Both the position numbers and the translations under genes were made by a program. A stretch of 62,739 nucleotides of DNA, counting the filler, from Asterionella formosa (lineage: Eukaryota), in assembly GCA_002256025.1 (NCBI GenBank). It is 5 parts of 5 records of this genome, joined end to end, with 100 filler letters (N's around TTAATTAATTAA, not from the genome) between each part and the next. Parts side by side here need not be neighbours in the genome. Positions count along the whole stretch, not along the records: positions 25,160 to 37,623 come from NKIB01007498.1; 4 more parts are not named here. One strand, 5' to 3'. The notes beneath the pieces are model-generated. The model saw nothing but the letters and a program-made list of their open reading frames with translations. It was not told where the DNA came from and did no database searches. This document shows positions 25,060 to 37,723 of the stretch, in pieces; position 1 is the first letter of the stretch; every line of letters begins with the position of its first letter.

Positions 25060-25879
25060 NNNNNNNNNNNNNNNNNNNNNNNNNNNNNNNNNNNNNNNNN
25101 NNNTTAATTAATTAANNNNNNNNNNNNNNNNNNNNNNNNNNNNNNNNNNNNNNNNNNNNTTGTCAAAGTAAGCAAGATCATTTTGACGAGATCAAGGAAA
25201 GTGTGAGAAGTCTTGTTCGGGATTACATGAGTAATCAGGCAAGAACAAGACCTAGATAGACTATTAACAGAAAGCTCACAATATTACAAAGTGTAAAGTG
25301 AAAATACGTTTTCAGCTTTAGAGATCTTAAAAGTAAGATCTGTGATATTTCAACTAGACAATTTAACAGAACCAAACACCCAATATTTTTCTTGTCATAG
25401 ACGAAGTAACGTGCTATAATTTTTTTTGTCCTGGTAGGCACTTATATATAATTATTTAGCTACGATTTTGCGATTCTTTTGTACATCCAAAACACAAGAG
25501 AAGGCAAGTTGTGGCTGTGAGCAGCTGGAGAATCCTTCATCATGTTGTCGCAACCTTGACCATGACAAAAATACGAATTATCTCCACGAAAATAGAGAAC
25601 GACGCTTTGCTACTTGGTACCTGTATTAAGAACGACATGGAAAATACAATTGTAAAAAGAAGTTAAGCACTGTTATAACACTAATAATGACAACAACGAA
25701 AATTGAGATCGCCAATAACAACATGAAGTCGCATTTTTCTTGCAAGGTGAAGAACTCTCTCATTTTTCACATCATGGAAATAATAGTCAAACTGATACAT
25801 CTTAGCAAAATGTGCACTATCAGCATACTCCAATGCATATAATGCTAGCAAGGAACACATTTGCTGCAGAGTCAACTTT

Positions 25880-26390
25880 TGCGCAACGGTCTAAGAAGCT
25901 GCTGACTATGAACTGCTCCTCATATGGGATGAGGTATGATAGGTTAATGATGGGGTTTTACAAAAGGGTAGGGGAACTTTTGGCGCAGGATATGGCAATC
26001 TCAAATGAAATATTGCCTACAGTGCCAATTTGACTAGAAACAGATTTGAAGAAGGTGGAAACCTGGGAAGAAAAAAGGCAAAACAATTGCTGAATCAGGA
26101 TTTGTTTTTATTGTGGGGTTCTGTACTGGGTTGCGGGGTGAAGAGATGATATTGATTGACTTGAAAGGATGTCTAAAACAGACGACAGAATCCTTGATTG
26201 AGGGATAGAGTTCTCTATATAGTAATTGCTATGTGGGGCTCAGGCTCATTCAAAGGAGGAGTCAAGAATGGAGAAGTTTACCACCACCTGATGCCAGTGG
26301 CAGCAATCACTGTCACCAGGCTGTGGCCTGGGGACTGGTATGGTAGGTTGATGAGTTTTTTGAAGCATGCTAGGTTGCGCAACAGTTATC
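25880..26390 (+). pseudogene. Tyrosine-recombinase-like fragment
   Basis: GFVFIVGFCTGLRGEEMILIDLKG at ~26098-26170, then IAMWG..FKG...GEVYHHLMPVA in another frame. Confidence 0.5.
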
Positions 26391-27049
26391 AGTATCAGTA
26401 TAGTTCTGTTGCTCCCCTTCATCCATGATCAATGGTCATGTTGGCAAATAAAGAGTATATGCTCTGTGCATACAGGATCTGAAGTATCAATGAATGACAG
26501 GACTGTCAAAGGATAAACCAGCTGATATACATTCAGCACAAACGCAATCAACTTGTTTGTCAATCCAATATTGTTGAATCTGGTGTAGAAGGTGTAATTT
26601 CAAATGGTCTGTATCATCTTGAACATATTGATCAATAATAAGCGCATTTACTGGTGTTAGACAGCAAATATTGATGGTACCCATACTTTTCAGTGTGCTT
26701 GATAAACTGAGCCCTCATTCCTTTGTATTTTCCTTTAGTGATCACTATCGTTGAGACATTGTCACCTTTTGTACGTTTGCTGCAGTCTTCAATTGTATTG
26801 GACGTGATAAGTTTAATGGCGTAGATCGATTTTCGGTTGAGTTCAGTTGAGTTCATAAATATGTGCGACTGAATATATTCTTTGTACATATCTTCCTGTC
26901 AACACTTTGCGCATGCAAATGCAAAATATCGCGCATGCTCATCGTAGGGCTTGTACGTACTCGTAGAAGGACAGACCAGAGGAGGCGGATCAGAGGGCTT
27001 TAGGTACATCCATACGTCTTGGTTTTTGCTTGGAACAGCAATGTTCTGA

Positions 27050-27330
27050 TAATAGCCCCAAATTTAACTCATCCAAGAGGTTTTGTCAATACATCTGCCA
27101 AGTTGGTGTCAGAGCATACGTGTTGAAATCTTACTATATTCCCTGCAATAGCTTCTCTGACCTGGTGATAAGTAAGCTATTGCATTATGCTTCTCTTCAA
27201 CATACTGGATTGCATTCTAGTAATTAGCACCACACTCTGATTATCACCCAACATAAGTGAAGGTCCAGTAAGGGGTACAACAAGCATTCTAAGGTTATAA
27301 CGCATCTCGATGACCATTTCACTGGCTATA
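27050..27330 (-). mobile_element. Ty1/copia RNase H fragment
   Basis: YNLRMLVVPLTGPSLMLGDNQSVV..YHQVREAIAGNIVRFQHVCSDTNLADVLTKPLG. Confidence 0.8.
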
Positions 27331-27529
27331 TGTTCTGCAACCAGTTCAGAGAGAGTGACAAATCAAATTTTAAAGTACGTTAAAACTAAAATAACAATCG
27401 CACTTGTGCCTGGATAGAAAGGGGGGAATATGATAAATTCTAAGGGGCTGATGATGCGCCCAAGGATGATGTTCTTCCAACCAGCCATTCCCATCATGGA
27501 GTGAGTCCCTTCAATGATGGATTGTATCA

Positions 27530-27808
27530 GTGACTCCGATCGTTGTCGTTGTTGATGCTATTGACCACTGCCTTGGGTTGCCTTGAGTTATTCATTATGT
27601 TGTCAGTTGATTCATGTGGTGCTGTTGATTCATTGTAGATGCTGTTTTTCTGATCATCATTGTTGTTGATGTCAATGTGTGCTGCCTCGTCGTTTTTTGT
27701 ATTCCATTCATTGTGGATGCTGTTGGTATGATTATCATTGTTGTTGATGTTAATGTCCGCTGCCACATCGGTTTCTGCATTCCATTCATATATATATATA
27801 TATATATA
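27530..27808. repeat. Degenerate minisatellite followed by (TA)n
   Basis: atcattgttgttgatgtyaatgt..gctgcc and ttcattgtrgatgctgtt recur; (TA)10 at ~27789-27808. Confidence 0.7.
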
Positions 27809-28299
27809 ATTTCATTTATTAAGCGCCTTATTGCTACCCTATGTTTGACAGGGTAGCCAGCAGATATAGCGCTTCCTGGCATACCAAGCCTGGGTTTTTG
27901 TGGGTAAGACTAACCCGCCATGGATCATCCATATGCAGGGAGATGATGGTGGAAAGACTCTCTTGAATGAGAGTAAGGGAATTTCATTTTGTTTTATGTA
28001 GTTTTCTTATATGCCATTCTTTAACCTCGTTTTTCAACAGGTAAAGAAAGTTGTGAGCTTTGTTAGAGATCGAGATGGAGTTGACTGCCCCACAGGAGGG
28101 CGTGCACAATGGTCCCTTGATTCTTGTGGAATAGTGCTGTAAAAATGGTTCAGATACCATTGACCACCACTTTTTGCAATCCTAGCGGAATCCTCAAAGA
28201 GAGAGGCTGCTTTTTCCAAAAACCTTCATTTGGTGCCCCAACAGGCCCTAAGTAAATCTTGGAGAGGTTTCATATCTACTATTTTTCAAACAGAAAGTT

Positions 28300-29720
28300 A
28301 TGCATGTCTGCATTGATTATACAGCCCTGATCACAAGGATTCAACAATGGAAATTCTGCAGGCCTTCGGGTACACTTCAGACAGATCAAGACCTCTTGCA
28401 GGTTTCCACGAAACTTGCTACAGATCTTAACTTAGAGTTGATAACTCATCATGTGCGTGAAGTCCCACCAGGATGATGAGAGTGAGCATGCTCAACTGTC
28501 CTGGCAGGCAAAACTGAATTGTGATTGTGATCAGCAGGCAGGGTTAGTCCGTGAATGTCTTACCTGTGCTCCTCAGAGTAAGGTACCCTACAAACTTCCC
28601 CCAGGACATGCAGCGACATAACAAACTGGAAATACTTTCATTACCAAACACCTGCCACTAGCAGTAAGAAATGCAATGTAAAAAGGGGATATGGAAAGAC
28701 ACATAATCAAGTCAGTAGGGTGGGAAAATTACACTGTCTTTGACAAGGTAGATTGGGGGGCACGCTCATCTGCTGTAAAAACATGGGTGGTTCAAAGATA
28801 ATGACAATTGTTAGAATGGAATTTGACCTTTTGGCAACTTTCCAGAGCAGAAGTAAATATGAGAAATCGGTGGATAATCGGTGTTTCCGGTGCCGAAGAC
28901 TAAACGAGAATTTCAATCATATGCTTCAATGCCCAAAGGCAGCTGCACACAGGGGGAAAATTTGGGAGAATGTTAGGGTATCGGTCTTAATGGGCTCTGG
29001 ATTGTGCTTGTATGCTTGTGATTTCAAGAAGGAATGCTAAAGTGACTGGCAAATTGTGAGCAACTTCGGTGGGATGGCCCAATTCCATCACCTCAGGATG
29101 TTGTTGGAATCTTGACTTTTGAGGCTTATTTAGACCAAATGGACATAGGTTGGGATCAGGTTTTTCGTGGTAGAGTCAGCAAAAAGTGAAATAGTGCAAC
29201 AATGGCTTATGCCAAAGAGAAGTACATTGGTGACCTGCCTCACAATGGCAGCACAATGGATAGTAAAGGTCATACAAGCTTTATGGCAAATGGGGGTAGA
29301 TAGTTGGATTCACAGAAATGAAGAATTTTATGGAAAAACAGAGGAAGAACAACTGACTAAGATGATGATAGAAGTGGATGATAAAATTAGAATACGATAT
29401 GAATTCGACCAATGGCATGTGCAGGAGGGGGACAAATCCTTATTTCTTCTTCCTGTTGAAGTACAAATCAAGCGTCACAACATACATAAAAAAACATCGG
29501 TGGGTGGAATCAGTGGACTTAGCCTACAATGCCTGGCACCGCGCCACCCAAGGTTGCAGGTAACAATGATGAAGCTCGGCTTCGCCTCTCTTGATTATGG
29601 ACAAACATGAAGGCAAGCGTCCAAGGGTAAGGAAAGAACAAACATGAATGTGGTTGGAGTGTCTTGCAAGAGGGCACAAGTGCAATTTTTAGTTAGTTTA
29701 ATTAGTTTAAATGTACTTTA
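28300..29720 (+). mobile_element. 3' part of a non-LTR retrotransposon (Ambal/L1-like: RNase H plus zinc finger), decayed
   Basis: VKSHQDD..LSWQAKLNCDCDQQAG; CFRC..ENFNHMLQC; QMDIGWDQVFRGR; LWQ..W.HRN. Confidence 0.7.
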
Positions 29721-31417
29721 AATTTAATTTGTGAAATACAACAACTAACAACGGAAGTGGAACAATTTGAAGTCACTGGTATTCGACTCCGACAATATCT
29801 CCATCAGGGCTCTATTGTGTTGTCTTTGGAGTTCCTGTGACCAGGTGTTAGAAATTTCTACCCGTACATCATTTTGTGCCATGAATTGCCTTTAGTTTGT
29901 AATCCAGATTGGCGTGAGATATAGTATCTTTTTGCCAGGATGCATCATCATATCTTCAGTTCTACCAGATTCAAGTTTAGAGGCTCTTATCGATAATATT
30001 CTAGCTAATAATATTAGAGATTATGTATTGCGGGGAGCGGCAAAGAAGTGGAGAGTAACCCAGAGCGAGCTTGCCGATTTCATATGGAATGGTTCTGATG
30101 CACTCTTTCCGATGAATCAGACCATTGAACGCACCAACAAGGCACCTTTAGATTACATCAAATCAACATTTGGTGGCATGTGCATTAAAAAGTTGAGAGA
30201 ATGTCAGAATGTATTGAATAATCAATTAGAAGGAATGTTAGGTAAGTTCTTGCAGGGAGATGCTCCCAAAGCATGATGTTTTGATTATCAAATATGTTTC
30301 AATTTTAAAATGCCAACATAATTCATGGCACACCAGCTGGTCTAACAGAATAAAACTTCCAGACTATGGAAAGATATTGATTACTTTATTCTGTGGGTGT
30401 TCACGCTTTATCGTTTTGCGCAGTCAAAGGATACCAAGTTTGCAATGATGTTCTTGCTCCAGTGTACTTTAAAGGCAGGACAAGCCGTGGAGAACCATTT
30501 CTAACAGGAGACAAATCTGGTGTGACCAAATTTCACTTTAGTTTTCGGGCACGTGCGAATTGCAATCACGTTTGGTTGGTTCCCTGCTCAATGCTAGTAT
30601 AGAAGCATTTTGCTTCTTGGTGCGGCTGAAAGGAAGATTCTGATTGCACAAAAAATATTTGGGTTCCAATCCAGATACCCATGAATTTTCAGAGAACGAT
30701 ATTTGTCATTCTACCGATTTTGTCGACATTGGTGGGAAACCGCTTATCAAAAAAAGTGTGAGGGAAGAAAGTTCAGTTTCAAATAGTATCACTGATCAAT
30801 GGGCTGATGATTTATTTGTATATAATAAGGAAATGTACTGGACTTTCACAAAAGAATCGATCTGAATATGAAAGGAATCCTAGTGGAACTGCTACTTCCA
30901 CCACAAATATCAGCCATCTACCCACACTCATACTTCTCATTTCCCAACGTAAGTGAAGAGGATATGAATCAATATGTTGAAACACTTGAACCAAATGTTC
31001 ATGAGAAGAATATTGATTATAATGACCGCATTAATCAACGGGACATTGATGACGATGTTGATTTTGAATGGATCTAATAGAATCCAATGCATATTTAGTT
31101 ACATAATAAATATAGTTAGTGAGACTTCTACAGTGCAAACCATATCATAAATGTTAAGAAAACATTGACGTTGCTCTATACTAGTAGTGCCGTCTGTACT
31201 AGTATATGTAGCGGTATTCCTCCATTTTTACTACAATGGTGGAGTGATAATTTCATGGCTCTGTATTATCCAGCACAGCACCATGTTCGGATTGATGCCA
31301 AATTTATGATTATTTATTCATTATCATTCTATCCTGTTCATCTCCTGACTTGGCCATCATTTGAAATTCATTTTCATTCTATCCTGCTCATGTCATGACT
31401 TGGTAATCATTTGAAAT

Positions 31418-32390
31418 TTGAAATGTCTTTGCGGACATTGCAATGTTGTTATCTGTGTAACTAACAATTTCGGAAGAACAAATCCCCATCCGAGTCTCAC
31501 AATCGAAAATGTGGCTGGTCACTATCAACATTGCATGCAAGAACATCGTGTTTCTGGAATGAAACTATGTATTGCGGTAGTGCATCGAATCATTCAAGGA
31601 AAGAAGTTAATTGCAGTGTAACTGCTGCAGCATTTAGGGAGAGTAGACAACAAAAAGAGATTATGTGTCTTATCCTTGAATCAAGTGGCCAAAATCATCC
31701 ATTTCATGACGACAGCGACGATTCAGTTTATAAAAATACTCAGATACAACAAGACGAGCAATTGAGACAAAAACCTCTCCAAGGGTTGAATTCAGAAACC
31801 ATGCAATATTCAGATTTTCAAGATCGCACCGGCTTTCTCCCTGAAAATGCAATGGAAATGCCCCTTCCTCCTCAATTTCAACTTCCAAGTAAACATTCCC
31901 TAAACATGCATCCAATCGAATTAGAACTCATGTTATTCCTCAACGAGAATGAGCTACCTTCCACCAGTTTACTTTGATCATCTAATGAATTGGCTGTTCA
32001 AGGCAAAAGCAATGAAATATTTTGATGGAAGGCAGGTATCAAGCTCCATCATACCAGACTTTGAAAAACGCATGGATATTTCATTTTCACTAACATTTGC
32101 TGGTGGTCAACTGTTGACCAAACAAATACAGATTGATAACAGTTCAAACATGATCATCCCACACACACTCCATTACTTCGAACCAGTACAGCTCATGGCA
32201 GGATTGTTACGTGATTCCGATATCATGCAACATTTTGTATGTCACCGACAAGTGAAACTTACAACTTGTGGAGAACGCATGCATTTATGACAAAGTAACT
32301 TCTGCGACTTGGTTTGAAAATGCATTCAACGATTCTCCTGCATCAGAAAATGGAGTGTTGAAGAAGGGTGTTTATTTGCTGCCTGAAATG
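31418..32390 (+). pseudogene. N-terminal part of a Plavaka-like transposase
   Basis: ELMLFLNENELP..FDHLMNW..HYFEPVQLMAGLLRD..SATWFE; its end overlaps the start of the catalytic region seen at 44092 (- strand). Confidence 0.55.
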
Positions 32391-33323
32391 AAAATTCATA
32401 AACGCATGTTTTTCGTTCCTTAAAAAATTCAAATGAAATGGAAATTCATGAACTTATGTTTTTTGCAGGAGGAGACACCATATGCAATGATACAACTGAA
32501 TTGAGCGTTGTTGAATTTCATAACATACGTTTGGCAGCATTTGTTGTACCTGCTTTGAAACCACAGAAATCAAGGGAATCTCTGAAAGCACAAGAAGTTT
32601 TGGAATTTTTATGTGACCATACCTCCACATCGCTCATTTATGAAAATCAATTGGGTGTGACAAAAAACTAACAAGCGAACGTTGATAAAGATTCAAGAAT
32701 AATAAAAATGATAGTGATAATGTAGTTTCACATACTAGTTCAGTTATTAGAAGGTTTTCAAAAACTAAAATGTCCTGAGAAATGATGAGATTGGATGATC
32801 CAAATGGTCCATTATTTGTTCTTTTTCACTCCCAAAGAAGTAACCTAAGATGGTCCTTCTCGTTTTGTCCGAAATTTTTCTTCTCCACTTTTCAACTGCA
32901 GTTCGTTATGAGTATGTAAATTATTTTCAATTTGATTCCAGAAGGGCTATCATCAGTTACAAATAGTTTTTCAACTTTTTGTCAATTTTGATGCATCCAT
33001 AAAATTGGCCAAGAGGTAGACGGTTATACCATCTGAAGGGAGCAACTTTTTCATTCATTTATTGGATCATGGATTTCACCTTGACAACATCATCCTTTTT
33101 TGGAAGATGAATTGCAAGGAAGACATCCAAATACTTCGTTCAACATTTTTAAATCTAAATAGGAGCTCAAAATTTTGTCGATACAAAATTGAAGAACAGC
33201 TATTTCCAACTGAAACATATACTCATGAATGTTTGTCGTTGTCACTTGAGGCTAAACTGTTCCAAGATGGAAGTATTTTGACTTGGTTGGTGGGTCAGAT
33301 GTGACAGAAAAAAATCGTCTCTT

Positions 33324-34728
33324 CTATCTGTTGCTACCACCTGACGTTTTAAATTTTTTCAGGACTCCGTCTCCAAACGGAATTGTGCCCGGCCGGTTGC
33401 CAAGAAACTTGGTTTTCCCATTCTTTTCTAGTTGCAATAGAGCTTCGAATACTTTCACAATTGTAAATGGTCCACATGACCATCCACTATAATCTTCTGG
33501 TGGAAATAACATGGAATCATGTTCTGTTGCCATCATGATCTGCAAGGGTGCTTTGGTGCCAGTATAGAAAGATTCCGATAAACCAATTTCTTCAGGTGTA
33601 TGGTATTCCTTGTGGAAGATATCCGCCCTGTATCGGTGCAAAACAACTCCAATTGTTTGGTTCATCCAGGGATGATGCAGTACTTATGGGCAAGGTGAAA
33701 TACTTGATCATAATGTTCATCCAAACTTGCATCTTTTCCTGGATCACGGACTTGACATAATCCATCATTTATAGCAAATCGATAATGCACAAATGGTTGT
33801 TTTCCTCCTCATATGATATTTTGCAAATAAACAATTAGCACATAGACTAGTTACTGTCATGATGAAGTGGCTGAATGACAATCACCTTGGTATATAGACG
33901 GTTTGTTCTGCGTTCTCATCCAAATCAAATATAACCTTTACATCACTTGGATGAAGTTCATGTATATATAGAAACGAGGTAATTGTTTCAAGGTCCCAAT
34001 ATGCAAGTTCTTTAGAATCTGAAGATGATTTTTTAATATACCTTTGAGTCCATAAAATACAGAGGCGTAATTGCATATTTCTTGTGGGGTACATGTGTAC
34101 AAATCTTTCCACAATTTTAGTTGTCCATGCGTTTTTGGTAAATTCAAGGAAAATGCAGTTTGCTTTGGCATAATAACTCTACACATTTCACATGCCGACT
34201 CTTCACAAAAGTAGCTGCCTTCGGGATTGCTCTTGATGATTTTACAGAGAAATTCTTTTTCTTCCATGTATGATTTGGAAAAAGATTCAATTTTATGCTT
34301 CAAACTTTGTTCCTGACTCAGTGCATCAGCTGCCTTAGCCAGCATCACATCTCAGTCTGCATTGATCTTCTTTAATTCGAGGTCTTGATCTAGCGCACAC
34401 CGACTTTTTCTTGAATATCTTTTCTTTTAGAAATTCAATAGTTTCTCTGCTTTCATGATGTTCATCTTGATGTTCTGGACAAATAGTGAGACATATTTCT
34501 TGGTTTTGCAACTTTTCAACCATTTCTACTTCACAAGTGATGCATGTCTCCCACATTTCCGCCGATATTTTCATTTATCGCATGAGCTTGTTCATCGAAT
34601 GAATGAGAATCACTGAGTTCTTCTTCATTATCAGCGATGTCAGGAGAACGAGCAAAATATGACACAGGATGGAACTGTGACTCTGTAGGAATAGAGTCTT
34701 CATCTGCCAAGAACAACTGTTCTGCCAC
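33324..34728 (-). pseudogene. Possible Ulp1/C48 cysteine peptidase remnant
   Basis: TVYIPR*LSFSHFIMTV ... CIIDLL ... PPEDYSGWSCGPF gives His-Asp-Cys order across frames. Confidence 0.45.
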
Positions 34729-35694
34729 TCTTACATCGGCATACTTAATTATTTTTATGGATTATTATGAATCTGTTCAAATTCATCTGATCTTTGAGTG
34801 TATTCAAAGGAATCTTCGACTGATTTCATAAGTTTCTTCATCTTCTTTTCCGAAAACATAAAGTCGGGTAGTGTCAAACAACGGAAGTAAGTCACGTTTC
34901 TTGTTTGACTGATCCTTTCCATGAAATCCATGAAATGCCATTTGGAAAGGTTTCAAAGGGCCAGAAGACCATGATGTAGACGAACAGCGGAAGAGAAATG
35001 CGGAGCTTGTGGAGTTGCAGCTGGTGTGATGGTAACCGAGTGTAGCAATTGTTGAACAGAGCACAGTGTAATATGCATGTTGATCCAGCATAGTGTTTAA
35101 ACAATATATATAAATAAATAACAAGGAAAAACGACACGATGATGAACGTGATGGCTAATTGTGGAGGATACCGGTATGTGATATGCATCAATCTATATCA
35201 CAAGTCATATAATGGTGATGTACATATCATCGCATCCATATACTTAGATCCTATTTACTATATAATACTATCATATTGAATACTCGCTTTTACTGTGGTA
35301 TACATTAAACGACAAACACATATATAAATTAACATACTTTATGATTGCTTGATTTATTTTCTATGATGTATTGATAACACTTGTGTACATATTATATCGT
35401 ATTTTATTATCATTTTTTTTTAACATGATCATATTTTGATTAAAAATATATCATAAACATTTTAAGAAATCATCATAGTTCTATGATCAATGTATCATAG
35501 CTATGTGAGAAACATCATTCAATATTACGTATCATAGTATATTGGTGCTGTATGTATTGAAGTAACCCTATCGTAATATCACATTGTCATCTTATCAATC
35601 ATTCAATGTTAATTGGGAACTGTATTCTGCATTGTACTATGGAGTGTGATATTATAACACGCATTTTGGTAGCTAAGTCACTGCTGTAATGTAC

Positions 35695-36210
35695 ACAAGT
35701 CGACAGTTTACATACACACACATGCTAAGCAGGTTTGAGGCAACGGACAGTGGTTCCAACGAGCAAATGACGATATGGGTACCAATTTTTCCAGCAACTA
35801 ACCACAATGATGAAGGACACTTGTCACTTTATTGATGATGACATGGACACCGGCTTTTCCAGGAGCAAACAACAATGAAGAGACCCATTTGTCGTTCTAT
35901 TGATGGTAACAAAGATGCGGACAAGTTCAACAGTGAATACAAGAACAACATACCAATGAAAACAAGTTGACAGTGTGTATACGCGCACACTAAGAAGGTT
36001 TGAGGCAACAGACAGTTCTAACAAGCAAATGACGATATGAAGATTAAATTTTTCCTGTGGCAAACCACAATGATAATGATGAAGGACATTCGTCCCTCTA
36101 TTGGGCGAGTTTTCCATGACCAAACAACAATGAAGAGAGCCACTTGCTTTCGCTCTCTTGATGGTAACAAAAATGCGGACAAAATCAACAGTGAATACAA
36201 GTACAGCATC
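35695..36210. repeat. Diverged ~270-bp direct duplication
   Basis: ggtttgaggcaacrgacagt, accacaatgat and ttgatggtaacaaa.atgcggacaa each occur twice. Confidence 0.75.
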
Positions 36211-37340
36211 CCAAATGCGGAAACGAGCAATATGAAAAAGAAATTGTAATTTCTATAACTATAACTATGTGGACAGCAGTCTGTTACATTTTCGTATCTC
36301 CTTCTATGCTAAATTTCAATAGTGGATGTAGTATCATGTGAGAATTGAAAATGTCAACAAAAACAAGTAGAATGTTTTTGATTTACGAGTTGATTGGCGA
36401 GATTGTATTGCTGGCGGTCAACGAAACGGATTTACCATGTGCACTTTGTGTGGAACCATTCCGAGTTCAAATGATTTCTTCTCTGTAAACTCTTAATTGA
36501 ATGATTATGACCATAGGTTCACTGCACATGATGATAATTCAAAGATTTAAATATTCCTTAACCAACAAGAATTGAAGATGTTATCGCAAACAATCATTCC
36601 ACTTGTCATTGCTAGTATTTCGTTGTTGTTGCAAAAATCGGAGTGATGATGGATGGAGATGACAAGCCAAATTACATTAATAGGTAGTGTGCCTGGATTG
36701 TTTAGCTTCCTATTCAGGACCTTTGGAATTTCCAAGGCATTGACTGGTGCCTTTAGTCAAGATGCATGAGACAAAGACTTTTGAGATATGGTAGAAATTT
36801 CTGCTTCAACGCCGTGGTGGAGTTTCCTGTTAACTCAGTTCCAAAGACTGCGGAAGTTGATGATCTTGTATTGGAGGCAATCGAGAGGAACTGAATGACC
36901 CTGTGTAATCAATGCTTGGACCAATGTATTCACTGTACTGTTTGTGCGCGTCACTTGAGATACCATCTTGTTGACAGTTTCTGTGGTCTCTTGCGCCTGA
37001 AGAGACGCCATTTTCTGCAGAGAGAGTAGCTGGTTAAGAGTAACATCAAGTCTCGTCTGCAATGCTGTGTTTGATTGGTTTTGATGGTTTTAAATTACCT
37101 AACACAGTCCTCCATCCTTTTGTACATAGCTCAGTATTTTGAGTTGAATCTGTCGTCAGAGCAGTACCCTGGGATGAGGAGCCAATGGTCACAGACTAAG
37201 CCCATGATTTCATTGGCTGTATTTGTGGAAACGTCCGATGTAACTGAATTTCCAGTGATGCTCCTTGTCGGAACCATTGGAAGCTTTTTAAACCTGGTTC
37301 GACACGCTGCAACTATCTTTTAGCATAGTAGATCCCCCAA

Positions 37341-37607
37341 TGTTGAAATTGCGTCCCGAAGCACTCTATGCTTTCTTGTATCCTGTAAGGACACGTCAGG
37401 GACCAAATAGGCTGTAGATATGAACAACGATGTCTCCGCATTCGATTGTAATCGTTCCTAAGAGTTTTAATAGAATTATGGGTTTTTACTGTTGGCGTAG
37501 ATTGTTTTCGAATTCTCTGGTACCATATTCTTTCTTGATTCATTCGATTCAATATGTAGTAGGTAATTTATACCGGGATTTTCTTTCCTAAAATATTTTC
37601 TCCAACA
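37341..37607 (-). repeat. 3' LTR of a second B-family copia element (internal part lost at contig end)
   Basis: Reverse complement of the 6324-6599 LTR; preceded on the - strand by PPT-like CAGCAGGAGTG; no TSD. Confidence 0.82.
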
Positions 37608-37723
37608 CACTCCTGCTGGACACNNNNNNNNNNNNNNNNNNNNNNNNNNNNNNNNNNNNNNNNNNNNTTAATTAATTAANNNNNNNNNNNNNNNNNNNNN
37701 NNNNNNNNNNNNNNNNNNNNNNN

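Larger units (their letters stand above)
29880..35600. mobile_element. Large decayed DNA-transposon remnant, homologous to 41.8-45.1 kb
   Basis: Shares the IWNG..TFGGMCIK, GRTSRGEPF.TGDKSGVTK and SPAS.NGVL..G blocks with the element at 40129-47286; termini not found. Confidence 0.7.

Noticed and set aside
36540..37340. Coiled-coil-like minus-strand ORF pieces, possibly a LINE ORF1
   Set aside because: No diagnostic motif; cannot be supported
37341..37607. Solo LTR
   Set aside because: Flanks CCCAA and CACTC do not match, and a PPT-like tract adjoins it; better read as a 3' LTR
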